Positions 8,251 through 18,493 of a stretch of DNA of 64,000 bases are shown here, piece by piece. Within the stretch, counting starts at the first letter, position 1; each line of letters opens with the position of its first letter. The notes under the pieces are model-generated. The model searched no databases, was not told the DNA's origin, and worked only from the letters and a program-made list of their open reading frames with translations. The position numbers were made by a program, and so were the translations under genes. Source of the DNA: Candidatus Woesebacteria bacterium (GTDB lineage: Bacteria > Patescibacteriota > Microgenomatia > UBA8517); NCBI GenBank assembly GCA_016432525.1, contig CP066693.1:482732-546731 (forward strand), read 5' to 3'.

Positions 8251-10546
8251 AAAGATTATTCCAATCCTTTTAATAATTTTTATAGTCAACTCTTTTTTTT
8301 GGAAATTTTTTTTAAATAACGAAGCTCCTATTCCAGGGGACTTTATAGTCGGAGTTTACTATCCTTGGCTGGATTACAAATGGGGAACAACTACTGGAAT
8401 AGCAGTCAAAAATCCAATAACAACAGATGTCGTCTCGTTCACATATCCAATGCAAACCCTTGCGATGACCCTTTTAAAAAAAGGAGTTACCCCTCTTTGG
8501 AATCCATATATTTTGGCAGGTTCTCCTCTCTTTGCAAACTTCCAGTCAGCGCCTTTTGCGCCTACCAGTTTCGTCTATTTTATCTTTGACAATTTCACTT
8601 CCTGGAGTCTGCAAGTTATTCTCCAACATATCTTAGCTGCCATTTTTACTTATTTTTTACTTCGCCATTGGAAAGTCTCCAAAATAGCCTCTATTTTTGG
8701 TGGGATTATTTTTGCTTTTTCGGGATATAATTTGATTTTTAGTCAATGGAACGGCCATACTCTCGCTTCTGCATTTATTCCACTGGTACTTTTGTTTGAA
8801 GATAGATTTATTAAGAAAAGAAAATACGGTGATGGATTTGGGATGTCGTTGAGCTTGGCTCTTCAGTTTTTTTCAGGCTATACACAAACAAGTTTATATA
8901 CGGGAGTTGCAATAGGATTACTATGGATAGTCAATTTTCAAAAAAATAAAGAATTTTTTAAAACCACAATTTTTCTTGGATTTTTTTGTTTAGCTGCGCT
9001 TGCTCTTTCTGCCGTTCAAATTCTACCGTCTCTTGAATTAATCAAAAATTCACAAAGAGAATTCGAGCCACATCCTTTTGAATGGGCGTTTCTGCCATGG
9101 AAAAAGATAATTACTTTTGTTGCTCCAGATTTTTTCGGGAACCACGTCACTAGAAATTATTGGGGACCTCAGGACTATACATCAAATACAGGCTTTGTTG
9201 GTGTTGTAGCACTAATTCTAACCATTATCTCAGTAAAAATTATAAGAAAGAAAAAACATATTTTATTTTTGTTCATTTTATTAATTGTTTCTCTTCTTTT
9301 ATCTTTTCCAACTCCAATTTCAATATTTATTTGGTCTCAAAACATTCTTGGGATGAAAGCCAATTCAGCTCACAGGGCTACTATTTTATTTTGTACTTCT
9401 ATTTCATTTTTATCTGCCTTCGGCTATGACTTAATAAACACAAAGCTAAAACTTAAAAGTAAATTAATTTCAATGATTATTCCTTTGGTAATTTTAATCG
9501 GGGCAATTGTTTACGCTTTTCTTGTTAGAGAAAAACAAATTTTTGGAATTTCAGTTGCACTAGTTGGAATAAAGAATCTGATACTTTCAGTAAGTATTTT
9601 AATTACTTCATCAATTATTTTAATTTTTACACCAAAAGCTAAATTTTTACTAATTCTTTTAGCAATTTTAGAAATTTTTTATTTTGGATGGAAATTTACT
9701 CCCTTTTCCCCTCGGGACTATGTTTTCCCTGAAACTCCCATTTTAAACTTTTTGGAATCCCAGCCAAAACCGTTTAGGGTAACTGGTGCTAAAGTCATTC
9801 CATCAAATATGAGAATGGCCTATTCTCTTGAAACTCCAGAAGGATACGACACTTTTCATCCCCTAAACATGTCCAGATTTGTCGCCGCCATTAACAGTGG
9901 AAATACAAAAAGTGTCACTGGAAGATATGGAATTGTTGATAATGATATCTCTCCTTTATTGGATTTAATAAACACCAAATATTACTTGGCATTAAAATCT
10001 GATCCAAACCTAAATCGATTTGACTCAAAAAGATTTAAAAAAATTTTCGAAGATAAGTCGGTTCTAATATTCGAAAGCAAAAATTATCTACCCCGAGCTT
10101 TTATGGTTTACGATTGGGAAATTGAAAAAGACGATATTAAAGCACTAAATAAACTTTTAGATCCAAAATATCCATTTTCTCAAAAAATAATATTAAATTC
10201 TGAAGTCAACTCAATAAAACCCTCAAAAATATCTGATAACAAAATTAATTATTTAAAATACTCCGAACAAGAAAGTATTTTAAGTGTCGAAAGTAAAAAT
10301 GATGGTATGCTTTTTGTCTCCGACTCATACTATCCAGGTTGGCATGCATACATAGACAATACAGATACAAAGATAATAAAATCTGATATTGCTTTTCGAT
10401 CAATTGCCATTCCACAAGGAAAACATATAGTTAAATTTATCTATAAACCAGATTCTTTCAATAACGGTTTGAAAATAAGTCTTATTTCTTTAATACTGTT
10501 ATTTGCCATTTTCGTAATTTATACTAGACTAAAATCTTTAGTATGA
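8213..10546 (+). CDS. YfhO-like large polytopic membrane protein (GT-C-like glycosyltransferase).
   Basis: 777 aa with an N-terminal TM anchor, then GDFIVGVYYPWLDYKW...LWNPYILAGSPLFANFQSAPF, many TM helices and a C-terminal globular region. This architecture and these motifs resemble the YfhO family. Confidence 0.5.
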   Translation: MKILKKNSLPFFKKIIPILLIIFIVNSFFWKFFLNNEAPIPGDFIVGVYYPWLDYKWGTTTGIAVKNPITTDVVSFTYPMQTLAMTLLKKGVTPLWNPYILAGSPLFANFQSAPFAPTSFVYFIFDNFTSWSLQVILQHILAAIFTYFLLRHWKVSKIASIFGGIIFAFSGYNLIFSQWNGHTLASAFIPLVLLFEDRFIKKRKYGDGFGMSLSLALQFFSGYTQTSLYTGVAIGLLWIVNFQKNKEFFKTTIFLGFFCLAALALSAVQILPSLELIKNSQREFEPHPFEWAFLPWKKIITFVAPDFFGNHVTRNYWGPQDYTSNTGFVGVVALILTIISVKIIRKKKHILFLFILLIVSLLLSFPTPISIFIWSQNILGMKANSAHRATILFCTSISFLSAFGYDLINTKLKLKSKLISMIIPLVILIGAIVYAFLVREKQIFGISVALVGIKNLILSVSILITSSIILIFTPKAKFLLILLAILEIFYFGWKFTPFSPRDYVFPETPILNFLESQPKPFRVTGAKVIPSNMRMAYSLETPEGYDTFHPLNMSRFVAAINSGNTKSVTGRYGIVDNDISPLLDLINTKYYLALKSDPNLNRFDSKRFKKIFEDKSVLIFESKNYLPRAFMVYDWEIEKDDIKALNKLLDPKYPFSQKIILNSEVNSIKPSKISDNKINYLKYSEQESILSVESKNDGMLFVSDSYYPGWHAYIDNTDTKIIKSDIAFRSIAIPQGKHIVKFIYKPDSFNNGLKISLISLILLFAIFVIYTRLKSLV

Positions 10547-12087
10547 ACAAATTTTTTTTGGCTATTTTATTTGCTATTTTCCTTTTAGGATTTTTCTTAA
10601 GGACAATGTTTTTGCCCTCACTTTCTTTAACTTTCGGTTATGATCAAGCACGGGATGCAGTTCATGCTGAAGAAATTTCCCAAGGCCACCTAAAAATTTT
10701 GGGTCCACCTGCTTCAACTCCAGGTCTTTTTCATGGAGTATTTTATTATTATGTTTTAGCACCTGCCTATAAACTAGGAAAAGGTAACCCTATCGTTGCC
10801 GCCTATTGGATTGCGGCAATTAATGCATCAGCGGTTTTTATAATTTATTACCTTACTTATTTAATGACTAAAAAAAGATCTGTAGGTTTCTTGGCAAGCT
10901 TTTTATTTGCAATTTCATTTGAGGCAACCCAATATGCAACTTGGCTTTCAAACCCAACTCTGGCAGTTTTTACAGTTCCCTTAATGTATTTAGGTCTATG
11001 GATATGGATATATCCCGATAAAACTCAAAGAACGAAGTGGAGTTTATTAGGTCCAATATTGACAGCCATAGGTTTAGGTCTTTCAATCCAATCAGAAATT
11101 TTTTTGGCTTATCATATCGTCCCTCTTATCATTTGGCTTTATATCTCGAGAAAAAAAATTACCAAAAAACAACTAGTTTATTTTTTTATATTCTTAACCC
11201 TTTCTCTTTCAACGATGATTCTTTCAGAATTTAAATTTGGTTTTCGCTCCATTTCGGCAATTAAATCACTTCTTTCCACAAGCGAACCAAATCTTGCATA
11301 CGCAAAATCTTTAGGTGACTACCTTACTCTTTATCTAAATCAAATCAGCCGAATTTTCGCATTCAATAGCTATCCTGGCAACATAGGTTATGGAGGAGTG
11401 TTAATAGTTGGTATTGTCATTTTTTCTTTAAAAAATTTTAAAAATCAAAAAAATAAAATAGATCCAAAAATATTTTTATCAACCTGGCTTTTAAGTCATT
11501 TATCTGTAGTAACGGTTGGCGGAGTAGCAACGCCATTTCTTATGGTAGGGATTGGTCCCGCAGTTTCGATAATTCTGGCAATTTTCTTGTATAGTCTTTG
11601 GAAAAAAAATTATAAACCTTTATCCATATTTATATTGGTCTTACTTACTTATTCAAATTTAGGTAGAATTGTTAGCGAAAACAAAAACGGTTCAACTCTT
11701 TTTTCTATTCAAAAAGATATGGTTTTATCAAAAGAACTAAAAACAATTGATTTTACTTACGAAAAAGCTCAAAGTGAGCCGTTCAGTATAAATTCTGTAA
11801 CTTCTCCTCTTTGGATTAATATAGTTTGGAGTTATCTTTACAACTGGTATGGGATGCCAAAATATGGCTATATTCCTACTTGGCACGGAAAAGGCCAAGA
11901 AGGTCAGATAATAGTACTTCCTGAAACTCAAGGAAAGGTAAACAAGAATTTCCTAATTATAGAGCCTCAAGATGGAATTCCTCCTAGATTTTTGGATGAA
12001 ACCTTAAATACTGAAAATTTTTATTCTAAACTGATTAATGAAACCTATTTTGGAACAATAAGAGTTCAAGAAAGGGTAAAAATATGA
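10543..12087 (+). CDS. Polytopic membrane protein, GT-C-like (uncharacterised family).
   Basis: 514 aa. The N-terminal TM helix is followed by a loop (GYDQARDAVHAEEISQGHLKILGPPASTPGLFHGVFYYYVLAPAYKLG) and about 10 further TM segments. It overlaps the upstream gene by 4 nt. Confidence 0.4.
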   Translation: MNKFFLAILFAIFLLGFFLRTMFLPSLSLTFGYDQARDAVHAEEISQGHLKILGPPASTPGLFHGVFYYYVLAPAYKLGKGNPIVAAYWIAAINASAVFIIYYLTYLMTKKRSVGFLASFLFAISFEATQYATWLSNPTLAVFTVPLMYLGLWIWIYPDKTQRTKWSLLGPILTAIGLGLSIQSEIFLAYHIVPLIIWLYISRKKITKKQLVYFFIFLTLSLSTMILSEFKFGFRSISAIKSLLSTSEPNLAYAKSLGDYLTLYLNQISRIFAFNSYPGNIGYGGVLIVGIVIFSLKNFKNQKNKIDPKIFLSTWLLSHLSVVTVGGVATPFLMVGIGPAVSIILAIFLYSLWKKNYKPLSIFILVLLTYSNLGRIVSENKNGSTLFSIQKDMVLSKELKTIDFTYEKAQSEPFSINSVTSPLWINIVWSYLYNWYGMPKYGYIPTWHGKGQEGQIIVLPETQGKVNKNFLIIEPQDGIPPRFLDETLNTENFYSKLINETYFGTIRVQERVKI

Positions 12088-12731
12088 GTGACCTAGAGAA
12101 AGCAGCAAAATTACACGAAAATGTTCCACCAGATTGGTATTATCAATCAATTAAAAATAATTTATTACAAAGATACTGGCATAGACGCCGTTTTGAAGAA
12201 ATCCAAAAAGTAACAGAAAAAGTTGAAGGAAAAATTTTGGATATTGGCTGTGCAGATGGGATTTTTACTAAAGTAATTTTTGATAAAGCAAAACCATCCC
12301 AGCTGGTTGCAATTGATGCTTTGCCCTCTTCAGTAAAATGGGCCAAAAAACATTTTAAAAGTAACAGAAAAATTAAATTTCAAGTAGGGGATGCCCATCA
12401 TTTGAAATTTAACAAAAACACTTTTGATGCAGTTTATGCATTAGAAGTTTTAGAGCATGTTCTTAGACCGAAAGATGTGCTTTTACAAATCAAAAAAGTT
12501 CTTAAAAAGGGTGGATATGCTGTTTTTCTTGTTCCTTCAGACAGTGACCTTTTTAATATAGTATGGTGGATTTGGACTAAATTTAGAGGAAAAATCTGGA
12601 ACGATTGCCACATTCAATCTTATAGAAATGGGTATTTAACAAGACTAAGCAAACAAACTGGGTTTAAAATAGATGTAGATAAAAAATTTATATTAGGAAT
12701 GCTACATTTAATAAAGGTCAGAAAAGTATGA
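12084..12731 (+). CDS. Class I SAM-dependent methyltransferase.
   Basis: SAM-binding motif I is ILDIGCADGIF. The post-I acidic residue is in VAIDA. Methyltransf_11-like residues follow (FDAVYALEVLEHVLRP...LKKGGYAVFLVP). Confidence 0.75.
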   Translation: MSDLEKAAKLHENVPPDWYYQSIKNNLLQRYWHRRRFEEIQKVTEKVEGKILDIGCADGIFTKVIFDKAKPSQLVAIDALPSSVKWAKKHFKSNRKIKFQVGDAHHLKFNKNTFDAVYALEVLEHVLRPKDVLLQIKKVLKKGGYAVFLVPSDSDLFNIVWWIWTKFRGKIWNDCHIQSYRNGYLTRLSKQTGFKIDVDKKFILGMLHLIKVRKV

Positions 12732-13627
12732 ATGTTTCAATAGTTATACCGAATTGGAATGGAAGAAATCTTCTGGAAAAAAATCTTCCTAATGTTTTGG
12801 AAGCAAAAGAAAATAAAAAAAACAATATAAAAGAAATAATAATAGTCGATGATTCCTCTACCGATAGCTCAGTCGATTTCTTAAAAATAAATTTTAAGAA
12901 AAAAATAAAACTAATTGTACTTAAGACAAATAGGGGATTTGCGTCAGCAGTAAACACAGGTGTGCGTACATCTACAGGAGAATTAGTTTGTCTATTAAAC
13001 ACAGATGTAATTCCAGAAAAGAATTTCCTACAACAAGTTGTTTTAGATTTTGAAGACAAAAAAATATTTGCAGTTTCACTTCATGAAAAAGGGTTTGGTT
13101 CAGCAAAAGGAAGTTTTGTTAATGGTTTTTTTGAACATAGTGGTGAAAAAGAGCAAAATAAATTGACACAGTCCTTGTGGGCATCAGGAGGATCAGCTTG
13201 TTTCAGAAGAAATCTTTGGATCCAATTAAAAGGATTTGATGAAATACTTTTTAGCCCTTTTTATTGGGAAGATGTAGATCTAAGTTATCGTGCTCAAAAA
13301 AGAGGATATAAAGTTTTATGGGAGCCAAAAGCAAACGTTGTACACAAGCACGAATCTGTAATCAATACAAATAATTTCAAAGCTAGAAAATTAAACTTAA
13401 TTAAACAAAGAAATTACTTAATCTTTATATGGAAAAATATTACAAGTAAAGCTCTTCTTAAAAAGCATAAATTCGCACTTTTCGCTCGTATTAAAAAACA
13501 TCCAGGATACATAAGGATAGTATTTCTTGCACTTTTAAGACTTCGCCAGATTCAGAAAGCTAGAAAAATTGAAAAACAAGAAAGTTCAATTTCAGATGAA
13601 TCAATTTTTGAAAAATTCTCAAAATGA
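12728..13627 (+). CDS. GT2 family glycosyltransferase.
   Basis: VSIVIPNWNGRNLLEKNL...IIVDDSSTDSS...NRGFASAVNTGV...LNTDVIP. Confidence 0.7.
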   Translation: MNVSIVIPNWNGRNLLEKNLPNVLEAKENKKNNIKEIIIVDDSSTDSSVDFLKINFKKKIKLIVLKTNRGFASAVNTGVRTSTGELVCLLNTDVIPEKNFLQQVVLDFEDKKIFAVSLHEKGFGSAKGSFVNGFFEHSGEKEQNKLTQSLWASGGSACFRRNLWIQLKGFDEILFSPFYWEDVDLSYRAQKRGYKVLWEPKANVVHKHESVINTNNFKARKLNLIKQRNYLIFIWKNITSKALLKKHKFALFARIKKHPGYIRIVFLALLRLRQIQKARKIEKQESSISDESIFEKFSK

Positions 13628-14412
13628 TAGAGCTGTCTATAATAATTGTTAATTTTAATACAAAAAAACTAACTGTCGATTGTATTAAATCAATTAGAAA
13701 TTCAAGTCCTAATGTCAATTACGAAATTATAGTCATAGATAACGCCTCATCAGATGGATCAATAGATTCGCTAGAAAAATTAAAAATTCGCTTAATCAAA
13801 AATAAAGAAAACTTAGGTTTTGCCAAGGCCAACAATCAAGGAATAAAAATTTCAAAAGGCAAATACATACTTCTTCTGAATTCAGATACACTCGTCAAAA
13901 AAGACTCACTCGTTTCTCTTGTAGAATTTGCCAAAAACACACCAGATGCAGGAGTAATTGGCTCAAAACTTTTAAACACAGATGGAACAATTCAAAATTC
14001 AGTTTTTCGATTTCCTACAATCTGGAAATCTATAAGTCATTATTGGTTTAAAAATAATATTCTAAATAAATATTCTCCATCTACGGATATCCCAACAAAA
14101 GTAGATGCAGTTGTGGGTGCAGTATTTTTAATTACTCCAAAAGCTTTTAAGAAGGTTGGGTTTTTAGATGAAAGATATTTTATGTATTTTGAAGATATAG
14201 ATTATTGCCGTAAGATAGCCGCATCAAATCTCAAAGTTTACTATTTTCCAAAGTCTGAAATTATACACATCCATGGAGCCAGTAAAGCCAAAAACGAATA
14301 CCTAATAAAAGCCAGTAAAATTTACCATGGGGTTATCAATTACTACATAATCACCTTTATTATTAAGATTAGTCAGTTATTTGATAAAATTACTAAAGAT
14401 GAAAAACACTAA
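13624..14412 (+). CDS. GT2 family glycosyltransferase.
   Basis: LSIIIVNFNTKKLTVDCIKSI...IIVIDNASSDGS...NLGFAKANNQGI...LLLNSDTLV and GAVFLITPKAFKKVGFLDERYFMYFEDIDYC. Confidence 0.7.
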   Translation: MIELSIIIVNFNTKKLTVDCIKSIRNSSPNVNYEIIVIDNASSDGSIDSLEKLKIRLIKNKENLGFAKANNQGIKISKGKYILLLNSDTLVKKDSLVSLVEFAKNTPDAGVIGSKLLNTDGTIQNSVFRFPTIWKSISHYWFKNNILNKYSPSTDIPTKVDAVVGAVFLITPKAFKKVGFLDERYFMYFEDIDYCRKIAASNLKVYYFPKSEIIHIHGASKAKNEYLIKASKIYHGVINYYIITFIIKISQLFDKITKDEKH

Positions 14413-16102
14413 AATTTTGGCCCTCGTAGGTATAATAATATTTGCTTCGATATTGCGCTTGTATAAATTGGACAAAAATCCCCCTTCACTTTTTGGAGAC
14501 GAATTGGATTTAGGCTATCAGGCATACTCAATCTTAAAAACTGGAAGAGATTATTCTGGAAATTTTTTACCACTTCATTTCCACTCTCTTGCAGAATGGA
14601 GAACGCCTCTATATCTTTATTCAGCAGTTCCAACGGTAGCACTTTTTGGGATAACTGCCTGGGGAGTACGTTTGCCGGCTGCAATTTTTGGAATCTTAAC
14701 GATTCCACTGATTTATTTTTTATTTAAAGAACTTTCCCAAAAATTCGATTTTAAAATTAAAAACATCGAATTAATTGCAAGTTTACTTTTAGCTATTTCT
14801 CCTTGGCATATTCAATATAGTCGTGCCGGATTTGAAGTAACCCAAATGCTTTTTTTCTTATTATTAGGTTTATTTTTATTTTTCAAATCTTTTAAGGAAG
14901 GAAAATGGCTCTGGATTTCAATAATGTCGTTTTGTTTGACTCCTTACGATTACAGCACTGCCAAACTTTTTACTCCCTTTTTTTTGCTATTTTTGCTGAT
15001 AGTATTCTGGAAAGAAATAAGAAAAATTCCAAAAATTCATCTTTTAGAAGGTATAGTTGCGGGAATTTTATTTGGTGGCCCAATTGCCCTTAGTACGCTT
15101 TTTGGTGGGGGAACAGTACGCTTTAATTACATAAGTGTATTCTCAGACCCAACCATCCAAAATGAAGTGGGAGTAGCCAGACAGACAGAAGCCCATGTCA
15201 GAGGCGAATCAGGATCTGGCTTAACTCCTACGATTTTGGATAAAATATTTAACAATAAATTTAATACAATCTCAGAAGTAATAGCTCAAAATTATCTTCA
15301 ATCTTTTTCTTTTAATTTCCTTTTTGGAAAAGGAGATCCAAATCTTCGTCAATCAGCCGAAACTGGATTATTCTATAAAATCGAAGTTACATCATTTGCC
15401 GCAGGAAGCGTTTTCTTTTTCTCCCAAGTTAAATCCAAAAAACTAAAACTTTTAATACTCTTTTGGTTTTTGATTGGAGCTCTGCCAGCAGAGTTGACCC
15501 GTGATGGCGGAAATCATGCAACCCGCCTTTTTCTCACCCTTCCTTTATTTATTCTCTTAATTTCATATGGGTTAACAAAATTCCCAAAAACAGTTTTAAT
15601 TGCATACGCTCTTATACTTCTATCAATGTTCATTTCTTACGAACATTTATTTTGGACCAGATATCCACTTGATAGTGAAAGGTGGTGGCATTATGGATAC
15701 GGTGAAGCTTTTAATTTCGTCAAACAAAATGACCAAAATTACGACAAAATTATAATCTCAACACATGACGAGCCTCCTTGGATTTTCTTTGCTGGCCATT
15801 TAGAGTTTAACCCTTCTCTTTGGCAACAAAACTATCCATTTCCAAAGATTAATTTTCTAGGTTTTGGGGAAATTTCCCACATTGGTAAATACTATTTCGG
15901 TTCCCCAAAAATTAATGGCGGACTTTATGGTTGGGGAAAACTTTTAGATAGTAGAACTTTGTATCTAGCAAGTCAAAAAGAAGTAAGTATTAATTTGGTA
16001 CAAGAGCCAGAAAGAACTCCTGCGAACTTGAAAGTCATAAAGGCGATTATTTATCCTTCAGGCGAACCAGCTTTCTACATTTTTAGTGGTATTGGAAAAT
16101 GA
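14381..16102 (+). CDS. PMT_2 / ArnT-like polytopic membrane glycosyltransferase (GT-C fold, GT39/GT83-like).
   Basis: The first extracytoplasmic loop carries the catalytic DE signature (GDELDLGYQAYSILKTGRDYSGNFLP). It is followed by about 11 TM helices and a C-terminal periplasmic domain. It is a paralog of the genes at 16778, 20344, 23572, 25568 and 27205. Confidence 0.7.
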   Translation: MIKLLKMKNTKILALVGIIIFASILRLYKLDKNPPSLFGDELDLGYQAYSILKTGRDYSGNFLPLHFHSLAEWRTPLYLYSAVPTVALFGITAWGVRLPAAIFGILTIPLIYFLFKELSQKFDFKIKNIELIASLLLAISPWHIQYSRAGFEVTQMLFFLLLGLFLFFKSFKEGKWLWISIMSFCLTPYDYSTAKLFTPFFLLFLLIVFWKEIRKIPKIHLLEGIVAGILFGGPIALSTLFGGGTVRFNYISVFSDPTIQNEVGVARQTEAHVRGESGSGLTPTILDKIFNNKFNTISEVIAQNYLQSFSFNFLFGKGDPNLRQSAETGLFYKIEVTSFAAGSVFFFSQVKSKKLKLLILFWFLIGALPAELTRDGGNHATRLFLTLPLFILLISYGLTKFPKTVLIAYALILLSMFISYEHLFWTRYPLDSERWWHYGYGEAFNFVKQNDQNYDKIIISTHDEPPWIFFAGHLEFNPSLWQQNYPFPKINFLGFGEISHIGKYYFGSPKINGGLYGWGKLLDSRTLYLASQKEVSINLVQEPERTPANLKVIKAIIYPSGEPAFYIFSGIGK

Positions 16103-16785
16103 ACATTATCTGGCTTGTTTTAGGGGTTATTGGAAACCTGTGGATTTGGTTTGTATTCAAAAACAATTTTCTGTTAGGAATAGTTTTATTAATATCATCG
16201 CTTTTAGTTATAAAAAACCAAAAATCAAACAAATTCTCTCTTTTTCTAATAATCCTTTTCTTGATTATAGTTTTTTGGCAAATCAATTTAACAAAAACAA
16301 AACCTCTTCTTAAACTCACTGAAATTGAAAGAGCAAACCAAATCACACGACTAAATTCATATCCACCATATCTCGCTCGTTTTGGCCATATTCTTGAGGA
16401 AAGAAAAGAATTTTTGATACTTTATCGATTAAACGAAAATTTTTTTGAAATTATGAATCTCAACCTTTATTTTTTTGCGAACCACCCAATAGAGCGAGGA
16501 GCTATAAAAGAATTTGAAAAATTTGCATACATATCTTTACCTTTTTTCCTCTTGGGGTTACCAAAGCATTTACGCAACAAAAAAACCTTAATACTAATTT
16601 TAATAATTCCACTCATTATATTCACAATGATAGGATCAAACATTTCAATTGGACCAATTTCATTTTTTCCCTTTATTGCAAGCTCTATATATTTTGGACT
16701 TGAACAAATAAAAAACAAAAAACTTTCTTATCTATTGATAATTGTTTGGTTTTTAGTATTGCTGCAATTATTTTCATATGCTTAA
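16099..16785 (+). CDS. Hypothetical small membrane protein.
   Basis: 228 aa with 2 N-terminal and 3 C-terminal TM segments. The start overlaps the upstream PMT_2 gene by 4 nt (ATGA). No recognisable family. Confidence 0.4.
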   Translation: MNIIWLVLGVIGNLWIWFVFKNNFLLGIVLLISSLLVIKNQKSNKFSLFLIILFLIIVFWQINLTKTKPLLKLTEIERANQITRLNSYPPYLARFGHILEERKEFLILYRLNENFFEIMNLNLYFFANHPIERGAIKEFEKFAYISLPFFLLGLPKHLRNKKTLILILIIPLIIFTMIGSNISIGPISFFPFIASSIYFGLEQIKNKKLSYLLIIVWFLVLLQLFSYA

Positions 16786-18460
16786 AAAAATAATCATTAA
16801 TTCCATTCCAATTCTCTTGATCCTTATTGTCGGTATCTTTTTGTATTTCTACAAATTAGAAAAAATACCAAACGGATTTTATATAGACGAAGCTCTACCG
16901 TCTTATAATGCTTACTCGCTATTACTAACTGGAAAAGATGAATTTGGAAAAACTTGGCCTTTAGTGCTTAGATTTTATGGATCATATAACCCATTTTTGT
17001 ATACCTACTTAACTATTTTTCCGATCAAGTTTCTAGGGCTTACAATATTTGCTGCAAGAAGTGTTTCAGCTCTGTCTGGACTTTTAGCTGTTTTAGTCTT
17101 TTATGGCATTTTGCGATCAATTGGCTTAATAAAAAGTCGTATCGTTATATTTATCTCAACATTTTTAATGCTTATTTCCCCATGGTTAATTCTTCACAGT
17201 AGAGTAGGATACGAAGTATCTTTAGCCTTTCTGTTCCTCTTGTTGGGAGTATGGTTTTTATGGTTGAGTATCAAAAACCAGCCGATCTTCTTTATTTTGG
17301 GAATTTTGTTTTTTGATATATCAACCTATGCTGCCTATGCAGAACGATTCATTGCACCGCTAATTCTAATAAGCTTTCTTATCGTTTTCAGAAAAAAAAT
17401 ATTAAGTAAAAATTTTAGAAAGTACTTAATTTGGGGAATTTTAATTGGATTTTTCTTCGAAATGCCAAACGTGTGGCTGATCACAACTCCTGCCTTTTTT
17501 CCCAAAGGAGATCTTTTCTCGTCAGATATTTTAATCGCTCAAACAGAAAAAATCCTTCTGCTTCCAAAAATTATAAAAATAATTCTCGCCTTTTTAAGAG
17601 AATTTTTCTCTCAATACTTCTTGTATTTTTCTCCTAATTCTCTTTTTTATAAGGCCGATCATGATCTGCAAAGATCAATTCCTGAAATTTCGGTATTATA
17701 TTCCTGGATGATAGTTCCTTACTTATTTGGTCTCTATGACCTTTGGAAGAAAAGAAAGAAAAATATTTCAAAATACATATTTCTTTTGCTTTTAATATCG
17801 CCTATACCAGCAAGTTTAACAAAGGATCCATTCTCGTCACACAGGGCCCTACCTCTTTTGTTACCAATAATGCTAGTTGTCGCGTTTGGTGTCGATTTCA
17901 TAGTTAAAAAAAGAAAAAATCTTTCTATAGTGGTCTTGTTTTTGTTATGTTTTATATCTTTAGTTTTTTTATATAGATCATATTTTGTCTTATTGCCTTC
18001 TTTACGCGCCAAAGATTGGCAATTTGGATTCGAGCAATTAGCGACAATAGTAAATTCAAATCAAAATGAAAAATTTGTTTTTGATCAATCCAGAAATAAA
18101 CCTGGGTATATCAATATAGCTTTTTTTCTTAAATATTCCCCGCAAAAGTTACAAAATTTATCACCCTCGACTCTTACGGACCATTATTTCACCGGAGAAA
18201 AATTTGATATTCAATATACTATTAAAAATATTGAGTTTCGCCCAATTGTTTGGGAAAAAGATATTTATAAAAATCAAATATTGGTAGGAGATGAGCTTAC
18301 ATTTTCAGAATCACAAGTAAAAGAGCATTTTCTCACGAAATCTTTTGAAATCAGGGATCCAATAAATCAAATTATCTTTTTAGGTTATAAAACTAATCCA
18401 ACAAAAAAATGTTACAGCGAAAAAACAAAAAATATATTATGCTCTGAATCATCAAAGTAG
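16778..18460 (+). CDS. PMT_2 / ArnT-like polytopic membrane glycosyltransferase (GT-C).
   Basis: YIDEALPSYNAYSLLLTGKDEFGKTWPLV carries the DE loop motif. It is multi-TM with a C-terminal soluble domain. Confidence 0.65.
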   Translation: MLKKIIINSIPILLILIVGIFLYFYKLEKIPNGFYIDEALPSYNAYSLLLTGKDEFGKTWPLVLRFYGSYNPFLYTYLTIFPIKFLGLTIFAARSVSALSGLLAVLVFYGILRSIGLIKSRIVIFISTFLMLISPWLILHSRVGYEVSLAFLFLLLGVWFLWLSIKNQPIFFILGILFFDISTYAAYAERFIAPLILISFLIVFRKKILSKNFRKYLIWGILIGFFFEMPNVWLITTPAFFPKGDLFSSDILIAQTEKILLLPKIIKIILAFLREFFSQYFLYFSPNSLFYKADHDLQRSIPEISVLYSWMIVPYLFGLYDLWKKRKKNISKYIFLLLLISPIPASLTKDPFSSHRALPLLLPIMLVVAFGVDFIVKKRKNLSIVVLFLLCFISLVFLYRSYFVLLPSLRAKDWQFGFEQLATIVNSNQNEKFVFDQSRNKPGYINIAFFLKYSPQKLQNLSPSTLTDHYFTGEKFDIQYTIKNIEFRPIVWEKDIYKNQILVGDELTFSESQVKEHFLTKSFEIRDPINQIIFLGYKTNPTKKCYSEKTKNILCSESSK

Positions 18461-18493
18461 TTGTTATAATATATAAAGACAATCATAAAGAAT
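18461..18493 (+). promoter_or_regulatory. Possible internal promoter upstream of 18494..19735.
   Basis: The TTGTTATAATATAT box (TATAAT at 18465-18470) lies 24 nt before the ATG, in a 33-bp gap inside the long plus-strand gene train. Low specificity in AT-rich DNA. Confidence 0.2.

Noticed and set aside
8365-9429. Small ORFs 8365..8589(+) and 9160..9429(+) lie inside the YfhO-like gene. Other track ORFs of 60-113 aa are of the same kind (10574..10762, 11037..11234, 11737..11931, 12143..12346, 12718..13059, 14409..14708, 14905..15093, 16083..16346, 16086..16313, 16467..16718, 17431..17637, 17734..18012, 20649..20870, 22364..22561, 23936..24124, 25558..25824, 27795..28001, 28400..28615, 31046..31288, 32002..32205, 36674..36913, 37399..37611, 38306..38488, 38591..38854, 39535..40077, 45349..45582, 46240..46446, 47005..47265, 47786..48082, 48772..49002, 49621..49821, 53002..53187, 54746..54946, 55786..55968, 58537..58803, 60069..60260, 61038..61346).
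   Set aside because: All are alternative-frame or antisense ORFs embedded in longer CDSs that have family-level sequence support. None has a convincing domain, a signal plus partner context, or its own intergenic space.
16099-16785. The 228-aa ORF after the PMT_2 gene as a frameshifted fragment (pseudogene) of a GT-C protein.
   Set aside because: It has its own ATGA-coupled start and an N-terminal TM pair. It does not continue any PMT_2 alignment in another frame that I could see. I kept it as a separate hypothetical membrane protein.
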